DNA of 64,000 nucleotides, taken from assembly GCA_964518165.1 (NCBI GenBank), contig CAZFFN010000086.1:6408-70407 (forward strand). The letters are read 5' to 3'. The notes under the pieces were generated by a model. The model was not told the DNA's origin. It searched no databases and saw only the letters and a program-made list of their open reading frames with translations. Below are positions 30,157-39,189 of the stretch, in pieces. The stretch is from an uncultured Thermoplasmatales archaeon (GTDB lineage Archaea > Thermoplasmatota > E2 > DHVEG-1). Position 1 is the stretch's first letter; every line of letters starts with the position of its first letter. The translations under genes were made by a program, and so were the position numbers.

Positions 30157-30276
30157 TTGAAAAATAATTCATTAAAATGGATTCATAAAATAAGAGAAGA
30201 ACACTATAAAAAAACAAAAGATAAAAATTTGAAGGATATTATTAAAGATAGTGTAAAAAAGGCGAAAACTTCTTAA
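30157..30276 (+). CDS. 39-aa basic small ORF (MKNNSLKWIHKIREEHYKKTK...)
   Basis: TTG start, helical pattern, follows a PIN-like C-terminal remnant. Confidence 0.4.
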   Translation: MKNNSLKWIHKIREEHYKKTKDKNLKDIIKDSVKKAKTS

Positions 30277-30407
30277 ATTTTGCATTTTTAATAACTGAAT
30301 TGATATTTTTAGCTAAAAACTTACAACAGAAGAATATCATATTATTTTAAAGATAAAAGTAATTTTAAATTTTGTCCCCTGCATTTTTTATTAATTAAAG
30401 AATAAAA

Positions 30408-30791
30408 TTATGGAACAATTAACTTATTGATATCCATTTTTTTATTTGTGTTAAATAGTCTGTACATCTCTTTTATTCTCTCTGCTTTGCCTTGTAAGAC
30501 AAATATTTCAAGACATTTTTCTTTTTCAAAATGGCTGTGTATTTGGGTTTTTGTAATATCTTTAAAATTATGTTTAATTTCTGAAACTTCACTTTCTGAA
30601 TCATGATTATGAATAATAATTAGAATAGAATTTATTTCTCCAAATAATTTTTCAGTATCTTTACTTTCTGAAATTAAAAGTCTTACCCCTGCTCTTATAA
30701 CTTCTGATCTACCTGAATATCCATATTCATTTTGGATTTTTTCAATATCTTTTAGTATATTTTCATTTAATGATATGCTGATTATCGCCAT
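30408..30791 (-). CDS. nikR: NikR-family RHH metal-responsive regulator
   Basis: IISISL...YSGRSEVIR; ligands KHNF...IHSH...KCLE. Confidence 0.9.
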   Translation of the reverse strand: MAIISISLNENILKDIEKIQNEYGYSGRSEVIRAGVRLLISESKDTEKLFGEINSILIIIHNHDSESEVSEIKHNFKDITKTQIHSHFEKEKCLEIFVLQGKAERIKEMYRLFNTNKKMDINKLIVP

Positions 30792-30803
30792 AGATTTCAA
30801 TAA

Positions 30804-30865
30804 TTAATAACATGTTTATATACTTGACCATAAAAGTTAATAATAAAGTATATAACTGTTATTAA
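30804..30865. promoter_or_regulatory. Divergent promoter with inverted repeats (candidate NikR operator)
   Basis: TTAATAACA (30804)/TGTTATTAA (30857) and TTATATACT (30816)/AGTATATAA (30847). Confidence 0.55.
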
Positions 30866-30891
30866 CAATGACTTTGCGTGGGGAGAATTAT

Positions 30892-31803
30892 ATGATAAAT
30901 AAAAAAATCTTTCACTCAATTATACTGTGCATTGCAATGATAACAGTTTTATTATCCGGCTGTATCGATAGTCAAACTTCAGATGGCATCGGTGTTTTAG
31001 TAACCATTGTCCCACAGGCCAAAATGATAGAGTCTATTGGTGGAGAATATGTTGATGTAACTATCATGGTTCCACCTGGTGAAAGTCCACATTCTTTTGA
31101 ACCAACTCCTGAGCAAATGAAAAAGGTTGCTAAAGCAACGGCATATTTTAAGGTTGGTTCAGGTGTTGAATTTGAAGTTGTACATATGGATACCATCCTA
31201 GAGCAAAATTCAGATTTACAAATATTTGACTGCTCAGGTGAAATCTCTGTTATTTCTTTTGATGAACATTATGGAAAAGAAACTCATCATGAAGAAGAGG
31301 CAGAACATGGAGGAACTGATCCACACATATGGACATCACCTGTAAATTTCAAAAAAATTGCTGAAGTAGTCTATAATGGCCTTGCTGAAATAGACCCCGA
31401 TAATCAAGACGAATATAACAAAAACTATCAAGCATATATCTCTAAACTTGATAACCTAAATACTAATGTCAGTAAAATTTTAAAACCATACGAAGGCAGA
31501 TCATTTATGGTATATCATCCAGCATGGGGTTATTTTGGAGATACCTATAATCTAAAAATGATTGCTATAGAAGATGAAGGAAAACAACCAGGTCCAGCAG
31601 GGATTGATGCAATAATTTCTCAAGCCAAAGAAGAAAATATAACAGTTATATTTGTAGCACCACAATTTGATACATCAAGTGCAGAAACAATTGCCGATGA
31701 AATTGGCGGAAATGTTGTTTATGCAAATCCTTTAATGTCAAATTATAAAGAAACAATTACAAAACTTGCAGAAGACGTGGTTACTGGATTTGAAAATAGT
31801 TAA
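30892..31803 (+). CDS. znuA: Zn/Mn-type ABC transporter substrate-binding lipoprotein
   Basis: Lipobox LLSGC; SPHSFEP, DPHIW, YHPAW; His-rich loop. Confidence 0.9.
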   Translation: MINKKIFHSIILCIAMITVLLSGCIDSQTSDGIGVLVTIVPQAKMIESIGGEYVDVTIMVPPGESPHSFEPTPEQMKKVAKATAYFKVGSGVEFEVVHMDTILEQNSDLQIFDCSGEISVISFDEHYGKETHHEEEAEHGGTDPHIWTSPVNFKKIAEVVYNGLAEIDPDNQDEYNKNYQAYISKLDNLNTNVSKILKPYEGRSFMVYHPAWGYFGDTYNLKMIAIEDEGKQPGPAGIDAIISQAKEENITVIFVAPQFDTSSAETIADEIGGNVVYANPLMSNYKETITKLAEDVVTGFENS

Positions 31804-31865
31804 ACACAATAATTAATTATATCCGCAAACTATTTTCATAAAAAAATAAGGAGCATATCTTTCAA

Positions 31866-32645
31866 ATGAAGAAAAAAGTTGCAATTGAGATAAAAAATAT
31901 CGCTGCAGGATATGATAATGACATTGTAATTGAAAATATTAATTGTAATATTTACGATGGCGATTTCTTTGGTATAATTGGGCCTAATGGTGGTGGTAAA
32001 TCAACTCTTTTGAAAATAATACTTGGTTTATTAAATCCAAAAAAGGGAAATATAAAAATATATGGAAAACCACCTAAAATTGGACGAAAAAACATTGGTT
32101 ATGTTCCACAGTATTCAGAGTATGACAAACACTATCCAATATCTGTGTGGGATGTTGTTTTAATGGGCCGTAGGAGCATTAGAGGTTTTCATCCTTTGTA
32201 TTCATCTGATGATAGAAAGGCAACAATTGAGGTCTTAAAAAAAGTTAAAATGTTAGAATATAAAAAACGACATATAAGTGAACTTTCTGGAGGGCAAAGA
32301 CAGAGGGTTTTTATTGCTCGTGCTCTTGTATCAAATCCTAAGATTTTATTACTGGATGAACCAACAGCAAGTATCGATAAAGATTTACAAATAAATTTTT
32401 ATAATCTTTTAAAAGAATTAAACAAAAATGTTACAATTCTTCTTGTCACTCATGATATCGGTGTAATTTCATCTTATGTTAATCGTGTTGCATGTCTTAA
32501 TCATTTTATGTTTACTCATGATGATGAAAAAATGATAAGTAAAGAAATGCTTGAAAAGACATATAGTTGTCCTGTTGACCTGATTGCACATGGAGTACCT
32601 CATAGAGTATTTGATGATCATAAAAAAAATAAGAAAAAGGAGTAA
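31866..32645 (+). CDS. znuC: Metal ABC transporter ATPase
   Basis: GPNGGGKST, LSGGQRQR, LLDEP, VTHD. Confidence 0.93.
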   Translation: MKKKVAIEIKNIAAGYDNDIVIENINCNIYDGDFFGIIGPNGGGKSTLLKIILGLLNPKKGNIKIYGKPPKIGRKNIGYVPQYSEYDKHYPISVWDVVLMGRRSIRGFHPLYSSDDRKATIEVLKKVKMLEYKKRHISELSGGQRQRVFIARALVSNPKILLLDEPTASIDKDLQINFYNLLKELNKNVTILLVTHDIGVISSYVNRVACLNHFMFTHDDEKMISKEMLEKTYSCPVDLIAHGVPHRVFDDHKKNKKKE

Positions 32646-32651
32646 AATAGT

Positions 32652-33515
32652 TTGTTAGCTGATATATTTGAACTATTTCAGTATCCTTTTGTTCAAAGGA
32701 TGTTTATAGCTGGATTTCTGGCAAGTATTGCCTGTGGAATTATTGGAACATATGTTGTAGTAAAACGTATTGTTTTTGTAAGTGGAGGTATTGCTCATAC
32801 TACTTTTGGGGGTATCGGATTTGCTTATTATCTCCAGTCTTTGGGTATAATCTTTATTGAACCATTGGTTGGTGCTTTGATTTTTGCACTTGTAGCTGCA
32901 ATTATTATGGGTTTGCCTTTTATTAGAACTCGTTTAAGGGAGGATTCAACAATTGGTATTTTATGGGTTGTTGGCATGGCTCTCGGGGTTTTATTTTTAA
33001 ATGAGGTTGATAGAAGTGAAATACTTGTTCAGGATCCTGTCAGCATTTTGTTTGGAAATGTTCTGTTAATTAAGATGCAGGATATTTATCTTATGTTTGG
33101 ATTATTATTTTTAATAATTTTTGTTACAATTTTTTTGTATAAAGACTTACATATTCTAACTTTTGATGAAGAATTTGCTCGCATCTCTGGTATAAAAGTT
33201 GATGTTTTATTTCTGATTTTAATGGTTTTAATTGCTCTTACTACAGTTGTTTTGATAAAGGTTGTAGGTGTCGTTCTTGTTATTGCGATGCTTACGATTC
33301 CTGCAGCAATTTCTAATCTTTTTACTCATAATCTTAAAAATATGATGTTTTTTGCAGTAATTATTGGTTGTTTTGTTACTTTTTCTGGTTCATTATTGTC
33401 TCTCAATTTTGATTTACCGCCGGGTGCAACTATTGTTATTTGTCTTGCTTTTTTGTTTATTCTAGCTCTTTTAATAAAAAATATAAGACAAATTTTTGTA
33501 AAACCTCTAAGATAG
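32652..33515 (+). CDS. znuB: Metal ABC transporter permease
   Basis: GIAHTTFGG, FDEEFA, LTIPAA; multiple TM helices. Confidence 0.93.
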   Translation: MLADIFELFQYPFVQRMFIAGFLASIACGIIGTYVVVKRIVFVSGGIAHTTFGGIGFAYYLQSLGIIFIEPLVGALIFALVAAIIMGLPFIRTRLREDSTIGILWVVGMALGVLFLNEVDRSEILVQDPVSILFGNVLLIKMQDIYLMFGLLFLIIFVTIFLYKDLHILTFDEEFARISGIKVDVLFLILMVLIALTTVVLIKVVGVVLVIAMLTIPAAISNLFTHNLKNMMFFAVIIGCFVTFSGSLLSLNFDLPPGATIVICLAFLFILALLIKNIRQIFVKPLR

Positions 33516-33600
33516 AAATTTATTTTTACCACTTAAATAAAGTTCAGATCTCACCTTTTGCATTTTTTATTTCATCTAGAATATTGAAAATATCTTTTAT

Positions 33601-34590
33601 TTAAGAGATGATATTTATTCCAAAATTTCCAAAGAGGCTTAAGATAAACTGACTAATCTTTGTAAAAACTAAGTTTTCCAAAACTGTTTTTTCTTTTGAT
33701 TTACTGTTGAAATCCTCTTCATCAATGTTAAACTCGATTTTACCCATTGAAAATGCAAATCTATTTTTTGAAATTGTTTGATCTTTATATGAAGCAGTTA
33801 TTTCACATTTATGTACAAACCAGGAAAGAGCTGCATCTTCAGTTGAGTAACTTAGATTATAATCATCTGTTGCTGTTTCAACATCACTTTTAACTGATAT
33901 TGTAACAGGTTCACTTACTCCACTAACCGCCCCATAAATAATAATTGGTTCATTCCATGGATTTTCTTGTAAAAATGTAACAAATGCCTGAGTGTCATCA
34001 ATTAATGTTTCCAATTTAGTCATAAGTTCCTGGGAAGAAAGATAGTCAATAACATCAATTGTAGCATATATAAGGTCAATTGCAGCATTTAAAAGATTTC
34101 TAATATTATCAAAGTTGAAAGGTTCCTGTTTAAAATTCTGCCAGGATTGTCTTAAATCTACAATACTTTCATACCAATTTTGAAAGACAGTTGCTCCCTG
34201 AGTTATTTCATAATAAAGATCCATTGCATCATTATAGATTGTAATAACTTGTTCTAAAGTAATATATACCCAGCCAAGACGTTCAAGAATCCAATCCCAC
34301 GAATCCGACTCTATAACAGATGCATCACCGGTTTCAATATATTCTTCATAGAGATCTTCAAGTTCTTCAAATTTAAGAGATCCATCCTCTGATAGAATTC
34401 TATTTAGTTCATTTTCGACAGGTTCACTTTCACTTGAGATCAAAAAACGAAGTTCTTTTTCATCTTCTTCATTTAAAGGAATCTCAAAACCATCAGGATT
34501 TTTATTACTCTCTGTTTTAACAGCACTTGTTGTTGGTAAAAATAGCATAATTGTTGCAAAAAAAACTGCAATTAATATTTTCTTTTTCAT
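33601..34590 (-). CDS. Secreted hypothetical protein
   Basis: GGAGG RBS; signal peptide MKKKILIAVFF; helical core; amphipathic tail. Confidence 0.75.
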   Translation of the reverse strand: MKKKILIAVFFATIMLFLPTTSAVKTESNKNPDGFEIPLNEEDEKELRFLISSESEPVENELNRILSEDGSLKFEELEDLYEEYIETGDASVIESDSWDWILERLGWVYITLEQVITIYNDAMDLYYEITQGATVFQNWYESIVDLRQSWQNFKQEPFNFDNIRNLLNAAIDLIYATIDVIDYLSSQELMTKLETLIDDTQAFVTFLQENPWNEPIIIYGAVSGVSEPVTISVKSDVETATDDYNLSYSTEDAALSWFVHKCEITASYKDQTISKNRFAFSMGKIEFNIDEEDFNSKSKEKTVLENLVFTKISQFILSLFGNFGINIIS

Positions 34591-34688
34591 ATGCCTCCCT
34601 CAAAACAGATAAATAATAAGTATACTAGGTATTAATAATTTATCATGTATCAATCGATTTCTAATAAAAAAAGGAAAAAATGAATTTT

Positions 34689-35996
34689 TTAAGGGCTTAA
34701 TCGAGTTCTATCCCTTGGAAACAAGATACATTCCCTAATATTTTGTATATCTAAAAGCTCCATCATAAAACGTTCTATTCCAAAACCAAAACCGCCATGA
34801 GGGGGCATACCATATCTAAATGCTTTAAGATATGGCTCAAAATCCTCAACATTTAGATTGCAGGCTTTGATTCTTTTCCTAAGTAAATCTACGTTATGGA
34901 CACGCTGACTTCCAGATGCAAGCTCAACGCCTTTACATTCAAGATCAAAACTACGAGATAGTTTATCGCCTTCAGGCATTGTATAAAAGGGTTTAGCTTC
35001 AAGAGGATACTTTGTAATAAAATAGAAATCATGTCCTTCTTTTTTCATAATTTCGCCTAGAAGTTTTTCTTCTTCAGTTCCCAGATCCTCACCCCATTTT
35101 ATATCACATTTGGTATCATTTAGTTTTTTAATTGCATCATCATAAGAGATACGTTTAAAAGGAAGCTTTGGAACTTTTATGTCTTTACCAAGAACCTTAA
35201 GCTCATCAGTACATATACTAGCTTTTTTCCACATATTAAAAACAAGACCCTCAAGGATCTTCATAACATTTTCTTCACTATCAATAAAAGCCATTTCAAC
35301 ATCAACTGCGGTACTTTCATTCAAATGCCTTCTAGTATTATGTTCTTCAGCTCTAAAATACCATGCAATCTCATAGATGCGATCAAAACCAGTAGCCATC
35401 ATAGTCTGTTTATAAAGCTGCGGGGACTGAGCAAGAAAAGCTTCTTTTTCAAAATATTTGAATTTAAAAACTTCAGTTCCTCCTTCTGAGCTACTAGCAT
35501 TGATATTAGAAGTATGCACCTCAATAAAAGTATTATTTTGCATGTACTCATGAACTGCTTTAATTACTTCATTTCTAATTCTAAAAATTGATTGAATCTC
35601 AGGTTTTCTAAGATCAATAAAACGATTATCAAGACGTGTTTCCATCTCTGAGTCGATTTTATCAACAACACCAAGTGGAAGAGGAGTTTCAGCTTCTCCT
35701 AAAATTTCAAAACTTTCAGGCAGAACTTCATAACCATTACGTGCTTTATCGCTTTTCTGACAAAGACCAGTAACAGATATTACTGATTCACGGGGAGTTT
35801 CCACAAGTTTTTTAAAGATCTCAGGATGCTCTTTTTTTAGACCTGTTACCTGAAGAGTTCCTTTTTTGTCGCGAATAATGATAAACGCAATATTTCCAAG
35901 GTTTCTAATATCTTCAACCCAGCCGGCAACACTGATCTTTTTATTGAAATCTTCTTCTTTAACATCAACTGAATAATGAGTTCTATAGCTTTTCAT
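34689..35996 (-). CDS. aspS: Aspartyl-tRNA synthetase (archaeal type)
   Basis: LAQSPQLYKQ, FRAE..NTRRHLNE, GMPPHGGFGFG.ER. Confidence 0.97.
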   Translation of the reverse strand: MKSYRTHYSVDVKEEDFNKKISVAGWVEDIRNLGNIAFIIIRDKKGTLQVTGLKKEHPEIFKKLVETPRESVISVTGLCQKSDKARNGYEVLPESFEILGEAETPLPLGVVDKIDSEMETRLDNRFIDLRKPEIQSIFRIRNEVIKAVHEYMQNNTFIEVHTSNINASSSEGGTEVFKFKYFEKEAFLAQSPQLYKQTMMATGFDRIYEIAWYFRAEEHNTRRHLNESTAVDVEMAFIDSEENVMKILEGLVFNMWKKASICTDELKVLGKDIKVPKLPFKRISYDDAIKKLNDTKCDIKWGEDLGTEEEKLLGEIMKKEGHDFYFITKYPLEAKPFYTMPEGDKLSRSFDLECKGVELASGSQRVHNVDLLRKRIKACNLNVEDFEPYLKAFRYGMPPHGGFGFGIERFMMELLDIQNIRECILFPRDRTRLSP

Positions 35997-36010
35997 AATA
36001 TCAACCTGTA

Positions 36011-36760
36011 TTAAACAATTGAATTTAGTCTTTTTGAAAGAAAAACATATACTTCTTTCAGCATTTTTTTATTATCCCAATCTTTGACAATTCTTTGAAG
36101 TTTATCTTTATCTTCATTTCGAAGTAACTTTACCCATCTAACTATATTAGGAACCGCCCTAGTAATATTATCAACAATAGTAATATCCGCGGTTTTACTA
36201 GTTCTAGAAAGAGGATTTAAATCAATAGTAATAACTTTTTTACCCATATTCTTTAGAGCCTGAGCGCGGTCTCCATCTTCAAGAGGGACTAATATTGTAT
36301 CTGAAGAAAAAATACTGTCTTTATCACATTTACCTCTATTGTGTTCAAGTCCGGGAATTTTAGCATCGCCCTTAAAACCATAAACCTTTTTTGCACCATT
36401 ATTGATAAGTTCATCTCTAAGAAGTTTCATTCTTTTATTTGATCTGTGAAAAAGGTTAACCTCGATTTTAGCTTCTAACAGATCTGCCAAATCAACACAA
36501 TCTTTAGATGAAAGAGCAACGACATTGCCATTAACTGAAATCACAGGTTTTTTAGCAATAATTAAAGCTGCAGCAGCAACTTTTTCAGAATCATCAACAA
36601 TAGAGATTGTTTTTTCACCAATTAAATAATCAAAAGCCTCTCCTCTACCATGAGCAATTAACCCTGTTTCATGGATAAACCCTTTTTTTAACGCGTCTTT
36701 CATTTTTTCTCTAGTTTTAAGAGAGCTATAACGTGGATGACTCTTAGGAATATCTTTCAT
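36011..36760 (-). CDS. Phosphopantothenate synthetase (archaeal PPS)
   Basis: IPKSHPRY.SL, AHGRGEAFDYLIGE, VPLEDGDR, IDLNPLSRT. Confidence 0.95.
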   Translation of the reverse strand: MKDIPKSHPRYSSLKTREKMKDALKKGFIHETGLIAHGRGEAFDYLIGEKTISIVDDSEKVAAAALIIAKKPVISVNGNVVALSSKDCVDLADLLEAKIEVNLFHRSNKRMKLLRDELINNGAKKVYGFKGDAKIPGLEHNRGKCDKDSIFSSDTILVPLEDGDRAQALKNMGKKVITIDLNPLSRTSKTADITIVDNITRAVPNIVRWVKLLRNEDKDKLQRIVKDWDNKKMLKEVYVFLSKRLNSIV

Positions 36761-36836
36761 AAATTTCTACAGATAAAGAAATAAAAACAAACTATAAAAC
36801 CCTTTTATAAAAAATAGATAAAAAGTATGGAAAAAA

Positions 36837-37607
36837 TTATCCATACATATTTGGTTGAGGTGCTTGTGTAGCTGAAACCATTGGTTTAGCTTGTTTATGG
36901 AATTTCTGAAGTTGTTTTTCTATACGCTCTGATTCCTCAAAGAGTGGTGTAACATTTATCTCAACATTTATGATATTTGCCATAAGATTTATTGAAGCAG
37001 CAGCCGCACGAGCATCAGGATAATTAGGGTGAGCCTCAGCAAGAATCGATACAACATCAAATTTTGATTGCTTACCAAGATTTAATAAAACACCAGAAAC
37101 ACCGGCGATAATTCCATTTTTAAACTGAGCGATTTCTTTTGAAACTAAATTGTTACGAGCATCCTGAGTTGATGCTATAGCATACGCTTTTACACTATTA
37201 TCTTCATTATTGTTCTTTTTTCCTTCAACAACCATACCTTCAGGTGAAATCAAAAGTTTACAATTTTTTTCATTCACCCATTTCATAATAACATTTGAAA
37301 TAGAATTTATAAGATGTGGTTTTGGTTTAAATTCAGAAACAAAAACAACGATTTTCCCAGCACCAGGGTGGTCACCTGAATAAATTCTTACAGGAGACAA
37401 AGGTTCACCAGTATGAACAACTGATAAAGCTGGAAAATGAGGCGAAGTAATACAACCAATTTGTTTTAAGTTCAAGGCATCTATCAAATAATTAGCAGCA
37501 ATAGTGCTAACAAGTCCAATAGAAGGAAAACCAGCAATAACTATCGCATCAGTTAAATCAATCTCTTCGAAAATACAAATCTCAACATCTTCCATATGCA
37601 TCACCAT
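36837..37607 (-). CDS. PAC2-family proteasome assembly chaperone-like protein
   Basis: GFPSIGLVSTIAA, YPDARAAA. Confidence 0.9.
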   Translation of the reverse strand: MVMHMEDVEICIFEEIDLTDAIVIAGFPSIGLVSTIAANYLIDALNLKQIGCITSPHFPALSVVHTGEPLSPVRIYSGDHPGAGKIVVFVSEFKPKPHLINSISNVIMKWVNEKNCKLLISPEGMVVEGKKNNNEDNSVKAYAIASTQDARNNLVSKEIAQFKNGIIAGVSGVLLNLGKQSKFDVVSILAEAHPNYPDARAAAASINLMANIINVEINVTPLFEESERIEKQLQKFHKQAKPMVSATQAPQPNMYG

Positions 37608-37667
37608 CCATTTTAACCTTAATATGTTTTCTTACATTTAAAATTAATTACTCTGAGTTTAATGAAA

Positions 37668-39140
37668 TTAACCCTTAACTACTCCAAGAGGCACTAATCT
37701 AGCTACTTTTTTAGAAATACCTGCATTATGAGCAGTGTCTACTACTTGTCTAATGTTTTTATATGCACCCGGTGCTTCTTCAGCAGCAACTTTGAAACTA
37801 GCAGGATGAACATATATACCTCTCTCTTTTAGTTCTGAAACAATATTTTCACCACGCCACTTTCTGGTAGCCTTCTTTCTTGACATCACCCTCCCAGCTC
37901 CATGACAAGTCGAGCCAAAAGAAAGCTCTTCAGCTTTTTTTGTACCAGAGAGCAGATAGCTTTCGGTTCCCATATCACCAGGTATCAAAACAGGTTGGCC
38001 TATATCACGATATTTCAAAGGTACTTCTTTTCTATCTGGGCCAAAAGATCTAGTCGCACCCTTTCTATGGATAAATACTTCTTTTTTATTTCCATTTACT
38101 TTGTGTTCTTCAAATTTACCTATGTTATGGCAAACATCATAAACAATATCCATCTCCATATTCTCAGATGAATCATTAAAAACATTTTCAAAAGACTCAC
38201 GAACCCAATGGACAATAAGCTGACGATTAGCCCAAGCAAAATTAGCAGCACAAGCCATTGCTTTAAGATAATTCTGTGCTTCCTTGGAATTTATAGGAGC
38301 ACAAGCAAGCTGTCTATCAGGTAAATCAATATTGTATTTTTTAACGGCCTGTTCCAAGACACGTAAGTGATCACTGCATACTTGATGTCCAAAACCTCTT
38401 GAACCAGTATGGATCATAACCATTAACTGATCTGGTTTTTTTATACCAAAGCTTTTGGCTTTATCTTTATCGAAAATCTCGGCTACTTTTTGAATTTCTA
38501 AAAAATGGTTACCTGCACCAAGTGAACCCACTTGAGAAAGCCCTCTTTTAATAGCTCTATCAGATACTTTAGAGGTATCAGCAAAATCAAGACAGCCGTT
38601 TTCCTCTAAAAAATCTGGATCTCTGTCCCAACCATATCCTTTTTCAACAGCTGCTTTTGCACCTTTTTCTAAAATATCTTCGAGTTCATTTTTGTTGAAC
38701 TTTGTCCTTGATTTAGAACCAAGACCAGAGGGTACATTTTTAAACATTTTGTCTACAAGATTTTTAACTGTATCTTTTTTAAGATCATCAAAGAAAATAT
38801 TTGTTTTAACAAGTCTGATGCCGCAATTGATATCAAAACCAATTCCACCAGGAGAAACAGCACCTGTTTCTGGTTCTACTGCAGCAACTCCGCCAATTGG
38901 AAAACCATATCCCCAATGTATATCAGGCATAGCAAAAGCTTTTCCAACAATTCCTGGAAGAGTTGTAATATTTGCCGTTTGTTCAGGTGCATCATCAGAT
39001 TTTACTGAAGGTATCATTTTTTCATCAGCAAAAATTACTGCTGATGTTCTCATATTTAAGTTACCTTTTTTTCCTTTGTAACTTTTAGGTATCTCATATC
39101 TATATTCGTCAATTTTGTTTAATGGGCCATTCCATTTCAT
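37668..39140 (-). CDS. rtcB: RNA ligase RtcB
   Basis: MPDIHWGYGFPIGG, DINCG, GNHFLE, HTGSRG, HGAGR. Confidence 0.97.
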   Translation of the reverse strand: MKWNGPLNKIDEYRYEIPKSYKGKKGNLNMRTSAVIFADEKMIPSVKSDDAPEQTANITTLPGIVGKAFAMPDIHWGYGFPIGGVAAVEPETGAVSPGGIGFDINCGIRLVKTNIFFDDLKKDTVKNLVDKMFKNVPSGLGSKSRTKFNKNELEDILEKGAKAAVEKGYGWDRDPDFLEENGCLDFADTSKVSDRAIKRGLSQVGSLGAGNHFLEIQKVAEIFDKDKAKSFGIKKPDQLMVMIHTGSRGFGHQVCSDHLRVLEQAVKKYNIDLPDRQLACAPINSKEAQNYLKAMACAANFAWANRQLIVHWVRESFENVFNDSSENMEMDIVYDVCHNIGKFEEHKVNGNKKEVFIHRKGATRSFGPDRKEVPLKYRDIGQPVLIPGDMGTESYLLSGTKKAEELSFGSTCHGAGRVMSRKKATRKWRGENIVSELKERGIYVHPASFKVAAEEAPGAYKNIRQVVDTAHNAGISKKVARLVPLGVVKG

Positions 39141-39189
39141 TGTTTTTAAAAAAGAGAGTAGAGATATAAAAAGCCTTTTGTAAAAAAAA

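Larger units (their letters stand above)
28631..30396. mobile_element. tRNA-Leu-anchored micro-island (no integrase)
   Basis: 23-bp GTCCCCTGCATTTTTTATTAATT at 28631-28653 repeated at 30374-30396. Confidence 0.75.
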
